The notes beneath the pieces were generated by a model. It saw only the letters and a list, made by a program, of their open reading frames with translations, searched no databases and was not told the DNA's origin. DNA of 64,000 nt, taken from contig JAFGMW010000095.1 in NCBI GenBank assembly GCA_016927275.1, positions 9,247 through 73,246 of the forward strand. The letters run 5' to 3'. Shown in pieces: positions 38,703 to 50,400 of the stretch; the first letter of the stretch is position 1, and the number at the start of each line of letters is the position of its first letter. A program made the translations under genes and the position numbers. The DNA is from Pseudomonadota bacterium (GTDB lineage Bacteria > UBA10199 > 2-02-FULL-44-16 > JAAZCA01).

Positions 38703-40091
38703 TCAGCCCACGCTCATGTACTCCCTGACCCTCAGCAAGACCCCGATATCATTGGCTTTTTTTCGGCAGGCCTCGATGTCCAGGCCGGGCAGGGCAACGA
38801 CGGTCACGACCACCTCGGGTATGCACCTCTTCGCCTCGAGGACGAAATCGAGCATGGCCGCGTAGGCCTTCTCGCCGAACCTCGAGGGGCAGATCGACGC
38901 ATGGGAGGCCGCATCGGCCGCGTTCATGGAGACCGACACGGAGTCTATGAGCCCGGCGAGTTCCGGGACCACGTTGCGGCCGTAGACGAGGTTGGCCAGC
39001 CCGTCGGTGTTGAGCCTCACCTTCTTCGCGCCGCGCTCCTTCATCCTGCGCGCGATGACCTTGAGCACCTCCAGCCTGAGCGTGGGCTCGCCGTACCCGC
39101 AGAACACCACCTCGTCGAACGTCTCAGGCTGTCCCACTGCCTGGAATATCTGCTCCACGTCCGGCTCGTGCTCGAGCTTGAGGTAGTAGCCCTTGACCTC
39201 GAAGTCGGTGAACTTGGGGCAGAAGGTGCACGCCATGTTGCAGCGGTTGGTGATGTTGAGATAGAGCGAGTTGCGTATCCTGTAGGCGATGCTCGTCTCC
39301 ATCTCGCAGCCGGGCAGCCCGAAGAGGCGCCTGGCGTTCAGCGTCGTGACGCGCGCGACGTCCTCGATCGCGACCTTCTTGATGCGCGCGATCTCCCCGG
39401 CCACCTCCGCCACGTACGCCGGCTCGTTGCGGCCGCCCCTGTGCGGCTCGGGCGCGAGATAGGGGCAGTCGGTCTCGAGAAGGATCCTCTCGAGCGGGAC
39501 CCCCGCCACGACCTCCCTGAGGACCTTCGCGTTGCGGAAGGTGACCACGCCCGGCACCGAGATGAAAAAACCCTCCTTCACGATGCGCCTGGCGAGGGCG
39601 AGGTCACCGGAGAAACAGTGGAACACGCAGCCCCTCTTCGGGGCGCCGGTCTCCTCGATCACCTTCATCGCCTCTTCGATCGCCTCGCGCGCGTGAATCA
39701 CCGCCGGCTTGTCGACGCGGATGGCGAGCTTCATCAGCTGGCGGAACCTGTGCGCCTGACTCTCGGGGTCGGAATGCCTGCGGAAGAAATCGAGACCGAT
39801 CTCTCCTATTGCCACACACTTCGGGTCCCGGGCCATAGCCTCTAGATCGGCGATCCACGAGTCGTCCATCTTGTCCGCATCGTTGGGGTGCACGCCCACC
39901 GTGGCGAAGAGCCTCGGGTCTGTCCGCGCCAGGTCCAGCGCCGCGCGGTTGCCCTCGAGGCCCGCGCCTGCGCCCACGAGCACGATCTGGGACAGACCGG
40001 CCTCCCAGGCGCGGGCGAGGACCTCCTCCCTGTCTTTTTCGAACTCCGGGAATGTGAGGTGGGCGTGGGTGTCGACGAGCTCGATCTTCAT
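38703..40091 (-). CDS. TatD-family hydrolase fused to a TatD-associated radical SAM domain
   Basis: N-terminal TatD signatures (LVDTHAHL, GEIGLDF, HCFSG, ETDCPYL); C-terminal ~200 aa with CNMACTFCP (CxxxCxxC) radical-SAM cluster motif. Confidence 0.75.
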   Translation of the reverse strand: MKIELVDTHAHLTFPEFEKDREEVLARAWEAGLSQIVLVGAGAGLEGNRAALDLARTDPRLFATVGVHPNDADKMDDSWIADLEAMARDPKCVAIGEIGLDFFRRHSDPESQAHRFRQLMKLAIRVDKPAVIHAREAIEEAMKVIEETGAPKRGCVFHCFSGDLALARRIVKEGFFISVPGVVTFRNAKVLREVVAGVPLERILLETDCPYLAPEPHRGGRNEPAYVAEVAGEIARIKKVAIEDVARVTTLNARRLFGLPGCEMETSIAYRIRNSLYLNITNRCNMACTFCPKFTDFEVKGYYLKLEHEPDVEQIFQAVGQPETFDEVVFCGYGEPTLRLEVLKVIARRMKERGAKKVRLNTDGLANLVYGRNVVPELAGLIDSVSVSMNAADAASHASICPSRFGEKAYAAMLDFVLEAKRCIPEVVVTVVALPGLDIEACRKKANDIGVLLRVREYMSVG

Positions 40092-40801
40092 CGCGTCCCT
40101 TCGGTGATCTCCTCCGGCTCGGCATGCCCTGCGGCGTCGCCGGCCAAGGCCGGGTTCTCCCTGTCGAATGCCTCCATGAGCCGCGAGAACAGGGAGACGA
40201 ACTCCTCCTCGCCCGAGGCGACGGCGAACTCATTCGCCTCCGACAAAAAACGCCTGCAAACCTCCAGCGCGGCGCCGCGGCGCATCAGCCCCTCGACGAG
40301 GGCGAGGTCTATGTTCTTCGCGGAGACGAACCCCTTGAACCCGTCGCCCATGGACCTGCCCAGCATATCCGCCGCCTTTCTCCTGTCGCCCTTCTTGAGA
40401 TAGGCGAGCCCCATCGTAGTGTACGCCTGATGGGCGAAGACAGGGTTGCCGGGGATGAGATCCAGGACCTTCTTCGCCTTGCGGACCGCCTGGTCGTACT
40501 CGGCGAACTGCTCTATGAGGAGCCTGGCCGAGATGATCTTGAGGGCCGGGTCCCTGGGCAGGAGCTTCTCAGCGCGCTCGTAGTGCTTCCAGGCGGTCTT
40601 GAACTCGCCCTGCACCTTGAAGAGCACGCCCATCACCGAGTGGTAGAGCGCGACTGCCGCGTCGTCGTCGGTGCGGGACATGGTCCCGGCGAGCAGCTTC
40701 TCCGCGTCGGCGTACTGCTTCGCGGCGATGAGCTCGAAGGCGCGGTAGCAGACGTCGCTCGCGCTTACCGGTATCGGGTCCTTCTTGTTGGGATCGATCA
40801 T
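40088..40801 (-). CDS. tetratricopeptide-repeat protein (translationally coupled to TatD-rSAM gene)
   Basis: TPR-like helical repeats; stop overlaps downstream start (ATGA). Confidence 0.65.
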   Translation of the reverse strand: MIDPNKKDPIPVSASDVCYRAFELIAAKQYADAEKLLAGTMSRTDDDAAVALYHSVMGVLFKVQGEFKTAWKHYERAEKLLPRDPALKIISARLLIEQFAEYDQAVRKAKKVLDLIPGNPVFAHQAYTTMGLAYLKKGDRRKAADMLGRSMGDGFKGFVSAKNIDLALVEGLMRRGAALEVCRRFLSEANEFAVASGEEEFVSLFSRLMEAFDRENPALAGDAAGHAEPEEITEGTR

Positions 40802-40815
40802 CGGACACCTCTTTT

Positions 40816-40887
40816 CGTGACTCGTAACTCGTGACTGGTAAAACCTTGTGTTTCACGCCAGTCACGAGTCACTAGTCACGAGTCACG
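40816..40887. repeat. inverted arrays of octamer repeats (CGTGACTCGTAACTCGTGACTGG ...17 nt... CCAGTCACGAGTCACTAGTCACGAGTCACG) forming a long hairpin
   Basis: Member of the dispersed GTGACTSG family; sits between IMPase stop and TPR start. Confidence 0.8.
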
Positions 40888-41658
40888 TTTCTTGAGCACT
40901 TGAATCATCCCCTCATGCAGCCTGCCGTTCGATGCCAGGATCTCCGTGCCGTACAGGTCGAAGGGCGATCCGTCGAACGCGGTCACCCTGCCCCCGGCCT
41001 CCGCTATGATGCAGGCGCCAGCCGCCATGTCCCACGGTTTCAAGAACATCTCCCAGAACCCGTCCACCCGGCCGCAGGCGACCCACGCCTGGTCGATCGA
41101 CGCGGAGCCGGGCCTGCGCACCGCCTGCGCCCTCCTCGCGAATCTGCCGAAGTTGTCGAGGTTCGTGAGCCCATCCTCCCTGTGCACGCTGTAGGCGAAG
41201 CCGGTGGCCAAAAGCGCCCTGTCCATGGACGCAGTGGCGGACACGGCTGTGCGACGGCCGTTGAGGCGCGCCCCCTGCCCCCTCTCAGCCGAGAAGATCT
41301 CGTCGCGGTTCGGGTCGTATATCACCCCCGATGTGATATCGCCGCCGACCTCCGACGCGATGGCGAGGCAGAATATCGGAATCCCGTGCGAGTAGTTGAT
41401 CGTCCCGTCGAGCGGATCGATTATCCAGCGGCGGCTCGCCTTTCCGGACGGACGCTCCCCCTCCTCGGCCAGGATGTCGTCGCCGGGAAAGCTCTTCCTC
41501 ATCTCGGAGACTATGAACTCCTCGCACATCCGGTCCACGTCGGTGACGATGTCCCACGCGTCCTTGTGCTCGACGCGCCTTTGCCCCCCCAGGTGCTCCA
41601 TCTGGATGCTGCCCGCGGCCCTGGCGATCTCCGATATCCTCTCCAGCTCCGATGTCAT
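40876..41658 (-). CDS. inositol monophosphatase family protein (SuhB-like)
   Basis: WIIDPLDGTINYSHGIPIFCLAIA and C-terminal WDMAAG motifs. Confidence 0.85.
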   Translation of the reverse strand: MTSELERISEIARAAGSIQMEHLGGQRRVEHKDAWDIVTDVDRMCEEFIVSEMRKSFPGDDILAEEGERPSGKASRRWIIDPLDGTINYSHGIPIFCLAIASEVGGDITSGVIYDPNRDEIFSAERGQGARLNGRRTAVSATASMDRALLATGFAYSVHREDGLTNLDNFGRFARRAQAVRRPGSASIDQAWVACGRVDGFWEMFLKPWDMAAGACIIAEAGGRVTAFDGSPFDLYGTEILASNGRLHEGMIQVLKKRDS

Positions 41659-41798
41659 AAGAATCCTTTGAATTTACAAGAAGATAGCACGCAGCAAGCC
41701 GGGAGGTCAAGCATGTCAGAATATCACCAGGAGTAAATTCGCCCCCTCACCCTCCCCTCTCCCTCGAGGGGAGAGGGTTAGGGAGAGGGTGGTCATTG

Positions 41799-42473
41799 TC
41801 ACAGTGCCCTCGCCACCGTGATTGCATCCACGCGGCCGGCTCCCGCCTTCATGAGGGCGCGGGCGCATTCGTTGATCGTGGCGCCGGTTGTCATGACGTC
41901 GTCGACCACGAGCAGCGATCTCCCCTCTATCTTCTTCGCGCGCCCCGCGTTCGCGGCGAACGCGCCCCTCACGTTCTCGATCCTCTCCTGCCTCCCCTGC
42001 CCCACCTGCCTCTCCACGCTGCGCACGCGGACGACGAGTCCGGGATCGAAGCGCATCCCGCAACCCCTCGCGAGCGCCCTCGCCAGCAGCGCCGGCGCGT
42101 TCGCTCCCCTGCCCACGACCCGGAGCCCCTGCATGGGCACGCAGGTGACCGCGTCGTGCGCGCCGATCTCGCCGAGCGCGCGCTCGAGCTCCCTTGCGAA
42201 GAACGGGAGCGCGAAGATCTCGCCCTCGTACTTGAGGGACCAGAGGGCGCGCCTCACCGGATCCTCATGGGCGAAACAGGAGCGGGCCCTCCCCACCCAG
42301 ACCCGCCACGGGAGGTCGATCAGCGCGTCAGAGGCAAGCCGGTTGAGCCTGGGCTCGCACCCTGCGCAGGCGGAGTGCGCCGAGCGGGAGCGCTCGCCGC
42401 ACAAGGGACACCGCGGGGGATAGAGGAGGTCGAGCGCCGATCGAACGATTCGCCTTGCGGGATGCCGTTTCAT
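41799..42473 (-). CDS. comF: ComF-family phosphoribosyltransferase-like protein
   Basis: N-terminal Cys4 zinc ribbon (CPLCGE...CAGCE), C-terminal PRTase motif LLVVDDVMTTGATI. Confidence 0.75.
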   Translation of the reverse strand: MKRHPARRIVRSALDLLYPPRCPLCGERSRSAHSACAGCEPRLNRLASDALIDLPWRVWVGRARSCFAHEDPVRRALWSLKYEGEIFALPFFARELERALGEIGAHDAVTCVPMQGLRVVGRGANAPALLARALARGCGMRFDPGLVVRVRSVERQVGQGRQERIENVRGAFAANAGRAKKIEGRSLLVVDDVMTTGATINECARALMKAGAGRVDAITVARAL

Positions 42474-42554
42474 CGCAAGAGGAGATCACACCAAAAAAAC
42501 GCCGCGCGCCAGAGGAATCTTCACACAGGACTCACAGCGGACCCGGACACGGTT

Positions 42555-44771
42555 TCACCGCCATGCCGGCATCGCGGCCGCGCCTGCGGAGAGGGCCCAG
42601 GAGCCGGAAGAAAAGACCGTCGGCTCCCAGTGCGAGATCGATCTTATCGGCCTGAGCTCCACCGCGACCACCCGCCTCTGGGCGAGCGACGCGTCCGCGA
42701 ACGACGACCACGCCTCCTCGCCGGTGCGAAGGTCCGCCCCGGAGACGCCGGCAAGGTGAGGCCGCCTCGCGAGAGCTCTCTGACCGTCGCTGATCTTGCC
42801 GTTGAACTGGTCCCTGACCGCCCTGCGGCTCCGCGGGATGCGCCCCTTCGATGCCTTGTGCGCAGCGTCGAAGAAATAGGAGCGGAGCCATATCATCAGT
42901 TCATGCACGGGAAGGCCAAAACTCCCCATCATCTCGTGGGCCCTCGTCATCGTGTCTCCGCCCGCGCAATAGAGCTGCATGGCGCCGCACCAGTCCCTGT
43001 CCTCGGCGAGGCGGCGCGCCGCGACCGCCACGGTGAGGGCCGCCCTGTAGGGGTGGCCCATCTTGATCGTCGCGCTGGCGCCCTCGAGCGCCTGCATATG
43101 GATGTTTTTCCCGGCCGGCATGCCTGCGGCCGCGGTCTCGATCGCGGTCTCGGGTTCGATCCCGGCGAGCACCCCGAGATATGCGAAGGCCACGGCGTTC
43201 CTCAGATCCATCCTGGCATTCGGCCGGTATTCCCCGCCCAGCCTGTCGGCGATCTGCTCCGCCATCTGCGATGCCGTGAGCGTCGGGGCCTCCGTGTCGA
43301 GCTTTGCCCTCTCCGCCTCCACGATCCCCTTCATCGAAGGGGCGTACCGGTTGAGCAGCTCCTGCGCGGCGGCTCCGCCGCGCCTGAGGCGCGCGATCGT
43401 GTGCTGCAGGTGGTAGAAGGAGAGCCTGGACTCCAGCGGGATGTCGTTGCCGAGCATGAGAACCATCCTGCCCATCTCGGCGATGTTCTGGAACTGCGCG
43501 TCCTCGATGAAAAGGGGGTCGCGGGCCTCCATGGCCTCGGCAAAGACCCTCTGGAGGATTCGCTCGATCGCCTCGGGCCTAAACTCCCCGCCCGCTTTAC
43601 TGGAGGCGGGGTCGGAGAGGATGTCGTCGACCCAGTGCTGCTTTGCACCGCCCGACAGCTCGCGGCGCAACTCATCGACGGTCCCGTCGAAGCCGACATC
43701 CTTCAGCCTCTCAGGTCCCCCATCGATCGCCTCCGATTCCGCCATCGCCCTTTCGAAAAACTCGAGTTTCTTGAAGTCCAGCCCCCTGTTGAACTCCGCG
43801 TCCCCGTTCCTGTGCAGATCCAGGAGGGTGCCCGCGTTTATGTCGAGCGTCACCGCGTCCTCGATGCTGCCGCTGTTCAGCTGGAGCGTGGAGATCATCG
43901 TCATCGCGGCCGCGTCCCTCCCCGGGCTTCCCCCGAACCACTTCAAAGCCTTGGCCGGATCGGTCAGCATCTGGCTGACCACGGCCGGGTAGTACGACGC
44001 GCAGTCGGAGAATATCTCGTAGACCCCGGCCTCGTCGAATCCGGCCCTGAGCGACATCATCATGAAGTCCACGAGACTCGAGAAACTCACGTCCGCCACG
44101 TGCCTGGCCACCGGCCTCCCGAATTGCGGCATCTCGTCCCCCAGGAGGAAGGCGGCCGATTGGGCCATTATCCTCATCCTGAAGAACTCCGGGTTCACAG
44201 CCCCCTCGTGGCGCCGCGCCTCCTCGAATCCCCGGAGCGACGAGTAGATCCAGGCGTAAGCCAGCCCCTCCGGATCCAGCGAGAGCCCCGACGCGATCGC
44301 GTGGACCTCCGCGTGCCCCCTCGGCAGCGCCGACCCCTCCGCATAACGGGCCATCGCCTCCGGCGCCGCTTTGGCGTCGCGGGCCATCGCGCCGACGTTG
44401 CCGTCGAACCTCAGATAGAGGATCTCCGAGAGTATCTTCGCGAACTCGTCGCGCTGCATGCGCAGGTCGACGAGGTCGGCGAGCGAAGGCATGTGCGGCT
44501 GGAACTCAGAGGTCTCGTCGAAGAGCGACGCGATGCCGGGGAGGGGCCGCATCAATGCGTTCACGTCGTGCAGATAGTCCCTCGGCGGCTCCCCGAGTAC
44601 GAACGGGTCCCAGGCGCCGTCGTCGGCCGCCGCCTCCGGACCGCGCGCGAGCACCGAACCGTCGAGGTCCAGGGCGCCGAGCATGAAGGACGGCCCGTCC
44701 TGAGGGGCTGCCGGCAGGATGTTCTCGTCAAAAGACCTGAAAGGATACTGCACGCGATAGGTGTCGGACAT
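42555..44771 (-). CDS. large hypothetical protein (738 aa, mainly alpha-helical)
   Basis: Long ORF with consistent codon usage; no recognisable motif. Confidence 0.5.
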   Translation of the reverse strand: MSDTYRVQYPFRSFDENILPAAPQDGPSFMLGALDLDGSVLARGPEAAADDGAWDPFVLGEPPRDYLHDVNALMRPLPGIASLFDETSEFQPHMPSLADLVDLRMQRDEFAKILSEILYLRFDGNVGAMARDAKAAPEAMARYAEGSALPRGHAEVHAIASGLSLDPEGLAYAWIYSSLRGFEEARRHEGAVNPEFFRMRIMAQSAAFLLGDEMPQFGRPVARHVADVSFSSLVDFMMMSLRAGFDEAGVYEIFSDCASYYPAVVSQMLTDPAKALKWFGGSPGRDAAAMTMISTLQLNSGSIEDAVTLDINAGTLLDLHRNGDAEFNRGLDFKKLEFFERAMAESEAIDGGPERLKDVGFDGTVDELRRELSGGAKQHWVDDILSDPASSKAGGEFRPEAIERILQRVFAEAMEARDPLFIEDAQFQNIAEMGRMVLMLGNDIPLESRLSFYHLQHTIARLRRGGAAAQELLNRYAPSMKGIVEAERAKLDTEAPTLTASQMAEQIADRLGGEYRPNARMDLRNAVAFAYLGVLAGIEPETAIETAAAGMPAGKNIHMQALEGASATIKMGHPYRAALTVAVAARRLAEDRDWCGAMQLYCAGGDTMTRAHEMMGSFGLPVHELMIWLRSYFFDAAHKASKGRIPRSRRAVRDQFNGKISDGQRALARRPHLAGVSGADLRTGEEAWSSFADASLAQRRVVAVELRPIRSISHWEPTVFSSGSWALSAGAAAMPAWR

Positions 44772-44847
44772 AGCGCCTCCCGATCAAGGTTGAAAGCCCG
44801 GCCCCATGTCTCGGCCGGACCGCAGAAATGTTGCCTGAAAAATTCGC

Positions 44848-45201
44848 TCAGCCGTTGATGCCCTTGAAGACCACCCTCGGCGCGTCGAACCAGAGCTTCT
44901 CGAGCTGGTAGTGTTCCCGGTCCGCCTGGTAGAAGACGTGGGTCACCACGTCGCCGTAATCCAGGAGCGCCCAGCGGCCCGAGCGCACCCCCTCCTCGCC
45001 GATCGGCCTTCGGCCGGCATCCTTGAGCCCCTCCTCTATCGCCTCGGCTATGGCCTGGACCTGCCGGTCGGAGCTCCCGCTCGCTATCACGAAGAAGTCG
45101 GTGAAGCTCGTGAGCTTTCGCAGGTCCAGCACGGCTATGTCCATCGCCTTGTGGTCGGAGGCGATCTTCGCGATCCTGCGCGCCAGCGTGCGAGTGGTCA
45201 T
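44848..45201 (-). CDS. rsfS: ribosomal silencing factor RsfS (Iojap)
   Basis: DIAVLDLRKLTSFTDFFVIASGSSDRQVQAIAE...WALLDYGDVVTHVF. Confidence 0.85.
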   Translation of the reverse strand: MTTRTLARRIAKIASDHKAMDIAVLDLRKLTSFTDFFVIASGSSDRQVQAIAEAIEEGLKDAGRRPIGEEGVRSGRWALLDYGDVVTHVFYQADREHYQLEKLWFDAPRVVFKGING

Positions 45202-46311
<1,110 letters not shown>

Positions 46312-46373
46312 CCTCGCAAGAAAAAACCCTCTGACGGGCAGAGGGTCTCTATTCAGACTAAGGCCCGCAGCGG

Positions 46374-46634
46374 CTACTTTGCGGCGGGCACCACGTTCGC
46401 GAACTTTCTGTCGTTGCGGCCGTTGGTGAAATTGAGGACGCCGTCCGCGGTGGCAAAGAGAGTGTAGTCCTTGCCGATCCCCACGTTCTCGCCCGGATGG
46501 ATCTTGGTGCCGCACTGCCTTATGATGATGTTGCCCGCGCGGACAAACTCGCCGCCGAAACGCTTCACCCCGCGGCGCTGGGCGTTGCTGTCGCGCCCGT
46601 TCTTCGCCGAACCTGCCGATTTTTTATGTGCCAT
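46374..46634 (-). CDS. rpmA: 50S ribosomal protein L27
   Basis: [52 protein letters not shown]. Confidence 0.9.
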   Translation of the reverse strand: MAHKKSAGSAKNGRDSNAQRRGVKRFGGEFVRAGNIIIRQCGTKIHPGENVGIGKDYTLFATADGVLNFTNGRNDRKFANVVPAAK

Positions 46635-46691
46635 GCTCTTATCCCACTTTCTCCGCTTCTTCGCTTCTTCGCTTCTCAGCCTCTCGGCTTC

Positions 46692-47003
46692 TTACGCATT
46701 TATCTTCGTGATCTTCAGCTCAGTGTACGGCTGGCGGTGGCCGACCTTCTTCTCGTAGCCCTTGCGCCTCTTCTTCTTGTAGACAAGGACCTTCTTGTCG
46801 CGCGCCTGGCGCACGATCGTGGCCTCGACCGATGCGCCCGAGAGGAGCGGCCGGCCGATCTTCGGCGTTCCGTTCCCGCCGATGAAGAGGACCTCGTCGA
46901 GCATGAGCGCCGCACCGGCCTCGCCGTCGAGTTTCTCGACCTTGAGGTTTGCGCCCTCGGTGACCTTGTACTGCTTTCCGCCTGTTTTGATGACTGCGTA
47001 CAC
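46692..47003 (-). CDS. rplU: 50S ribosomal protein L21
   Basis: MYAVIKTGGKQYKVTEGANLKVEKL...VLVYKKKRRKGYEKKVGHRQPYTELKITKI. Confidence 0.9.
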   Translation of the reverse strand: MYAVIKTGGKQYKVTEGANLKVEKLDGEAGAALMLDEVLFIGGNGTPKIGRPLLSGASVEATIVRQARDKKVLVYKKKRRKGYEKKVGHRQPYTELKITKINA

Positions 47004-47142
47004 GGGAAACTCCCTTATTAATCAATCAATTTGCCCTGAGGGGCGGGCATCTCTAGCCCATATTCCGCTTTCAAGTCAAGGTTTTTTAGAGAAACCGAGC
47101 AACAAACAAGCCTTGTCTGCCGAGAATCATAGTGGAGGCGTT

Positions 47143-47358
47143 GTGAAAACCCTTTTATTCCTTATATGTACGTGCCTGGCCCTCATCGCAGCACCGTGCT
47201 ATGCCCAGGAGAAAGAGAAATCGCCCGAGGAGCAGAAATCCCCGGTCCTGGCAGCCCTGCAGATGATAGCGGAGGGGACCACGATGCATGAGCGGACCGC
47301 CCCAAACGTGAGCTTCCACCTCGGCCCCACCAAGACCTTCATCACGATATCGTTTTGA
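47143..47358 (+). CDS. putative small secreted protein
   Basis: GTG start with GGAGG 5 nt upstream; signal peptide VKTLLFLICTCLALIAAPCYA; weak evidence. Confidence 0.25.
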   Translation: MKTLLFLICTCLALIAAPCYAQEKEKSPEEQKSPVLAALQMIAEGTTMHERTAPNVSFHLGPTKTFITISF

Positions 47359-47402
47359 GGGTTACCAGAAACAATCTGATAGTTACTGGTAGTTGTCCGG
47401 GT

Positions 47403-50400
47403 TTATGTGCCCGTGCGGAGCATCGCTGCGGCCGACATCATGGGCACCGCTGCGACCGAAGGCGCAAGCGGCCGGAAGGGCATCGCGAACGCAGGATTGA
47501 TCTCAGGGAGCATCGAATCCCTGTACATCACCGCACCGGTGGCCAGTGGAGACGGCTTGGGGCGCTTCTCGTGGCGGTCGAGGAAGTGGACGCGAGCGCG
47601 GCCGATTCCAAGGCCCTGCGCATGCTCGACAATGTCCTCGTCGAACTCCGCAAGCCTCGCGAATCCGCCGGCAGTATAGGCCCTCTCCACGAGCAGGTGC
47701 TCCCTGCCCTCTTCATCGCGCGTCACCTCGAGCATGCGCCTGGCCATCACCTCGCCGTCTATTATGTGGTTCGCCAGCTTGAACTGGCCCCACATAAGCT
47801 TGTTCAGCGGCTGGCCGCGACCGTTCGTCGAGTCTGCGTAGAGACTCGATAGCCGCTGGCAGGTCTCGGTTGGGATCATGCCGTGAAACGCGATCTTTTC
47901 CACCAGCCCGGTTATCTCGGTGAGCGCCGCCTTCTTCGCCGTCTTCACGCCCCTGGTGAGGCCGGTGACGAGGTTCTTGAGATCGACGCGGGCATTGGCA
48001 AAGAGGTCGCCGTAGGTCTCGCGTATCTGTGCGTACCCCTTCTCCATGATGTCGTGGAGCCGCTTCGCCTCCTCCATGTCCGCATCGCCGCTCTTCAGTT
48101 TCTCTGTCAGCGCACGCAGACCGTCCGGGAGCTCCTTGAATTCGCCGTCCGCTCCCGGCGTCGAGTTCACGTGCACGGCGAGCTGCCCTGCCGCCTGTCC
48201 CATCACAATGGCCTTCGCCTCGCTCTCGTCGACAGACTCGCCAGTGTTATGACGCAACTTCTTCCACTCCGTGCGCCAGCGCCCCACGAAATCAGGAGAA
48301 AACCCGAGCTGATCCCGCATCCTGTCGTATCGTTTCAGATAATGCAGATTACCTTCAAGGACAGGGCTCATGACGAGATCCGAGATCAGCGACCTGAGTA
48401 TCCGGACCCCTTCCTCATCCATGAACGACGCGGACTGGGCAAACAGGAGCAGAAGGCCCTTGTCGGAGAGGAATCCGCGGACTTCCTGCGCATGGCGCCA
48501 TTTCCTCGAGGACTCCCTGCCCTCCGGCTGCCCGTCCCTGAAGAGCAGGTCCACTGCCCTGTCGTCCCCGATCCTCTCGCGCAGGAATGCAAGGAGCGTC
48601 TTCTCGACACCTGACCTTAGGGCTGCCCGCGTATCGCCTTCCAGATCCCTGTGTGATCTGTAGAACTCCCTGCCCACCTCTTTCGGCAGCGAATCCAGCG
48701 CAGTCAGGGCCCTGAGCGTGCGAAGGGTGTTGCGCACGGACTTCCACTTGCCGGGATCGGTCGCCTCGAACACCCTGCTCATCACTTCTATCTTCTCGAA
48801 GGTCCAATCGCCAAGCATGTCCAGGACCGTCATGACCGAGTCGCGAAATCCGATGAAACCCGGTTGAGCGGCAAAGCCGCGCAGGTTGCGCGCGGCTTTC
48901 TCCGAAAAGCCCATGAGCTCCAGGTCCGCTACCCAGCTGCCGGACTCGAACCCGGCCTTGAAGAATCCGACAGAGGAGAGGTGATAAAAAGTCTGCTTAA
49001 AAACACCGGCGAAGCATTTCTTATCACTACAATTCCCCATGTACCATCTCAGGGATTTGTCAGCCGCACTGGCGACCGGACCCTCTGCCCTGAATTTTCT
49101 GGCCAGCAACCCATATATATGGGCCACAGATTTAATCACCCTTGTCGAATGGATTTTGTAGCTGTACCCGGGATTCAGAATCTCTATAATAGTTTGTGCG
49201 CCCTTGTAGACCTCAGGTGAGTTGTCTTCGAGTCTGTGAGCAAAGCGCGCATACGCTTCCAGGACATCCGCCACAACATCTTCCGACTGATTCCACTCCA
49301 GCATAAGTCCGCGCATTGCCGCAGCGCCTTCATGGATCTCCGGTGCTCCCTCCGCGAACTTCTTCAACAGCGCCGAATAGACACGGGCTGCCAGGCTCCG
49401 CACACGCTGTTCAGGGTACCTCATCAGACCGCGCAGGGCCTCGGCCTCGCGATAGAACTCGGGCGATGCCCCTGCAAACCTCTCTGAAAGCCTGACATAG
49501 GCATCCGCCGCTGTACCGCGCACATTCTGTTGAGGGTCCATCATCAGCCCGCGCAGGGCCGCAGCCTCCTCATAGACCTCGGGCGAACCCACCGCGAACT
49601 TCATGCACAGCCTCTCATAGCCATGAATCTCCGCATTTGTTCGCACCGCCCTTTCAGGATCTGTCATCAGCCTGCGCAGGAGAAAGGCGCCCATATGGAC
49701 GTCGGCCGAGTCCTCTTTGAATTTCGCCGACAGGATGCCATAGGTATAAGCTGCCTCGCTGCGCACATCCCATTCGGGATCTTTCATCAGCCTGCGCAAT
49801 TCCGAGGCGCCCAGCGCGACCTCGGCCGAACCCTCTGCGAATCTATCTGACAGCATTTGGTAGGCAAGGATGGCGCGGACGCGTACACCCTGTTCGGTGT
49901 CCGCCATCAGCCTGCGCAGGGCAGCCGCCTCTCTGCAGGTCTCGGGCGACGCGTCTGCGAACCTCTCCGAAAGCTTCCCGTAGGTACCGGCGGATCTGTT
50001 GAGCACATCGCCCTCGGGGTCCGTCATCAGCCTGCGCAGGGCCTCGGCCTCGCGATAGACTCCTGCAGAGCCCTGAACGAATTTCTTCGACAACATCTTG
50101 TAGGCCTCGGCTGCATCGTAACGCACACCGTCTTTGGCATCCCTCATGAGCATGCGCAGGGCCGCAGCGCCGAGATAGACCTCGGCAGAGCCCTCGATGA
50201 ACTTCTCCGACAGGGCCCCGTAGGTCCTGGCCGCAAACACGCGCTGGCCTTCCTTGTGGGAACGCATCACCCTGCGCAAAGCCTCGGCTTCGTTTATTAC
50301 CTCGGGCGGCTCCACCGCAGCCGCTGTCGACTTCGGGCGGAATAGGGAGCCGACCAGCCCGGCTATTCCGCTGAAAAAGGTCTCGACCGGCCCGGCCCGC

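Noticed and set aside
46795-47358. 187-aa plus ORF spanning the rplU antisense and upstream region
   Set aside because: Mostly antisense to rplU; only the last ~70 codons (GTG 47143 onward) have an RBS and signal peptide, reported separately at low confidence
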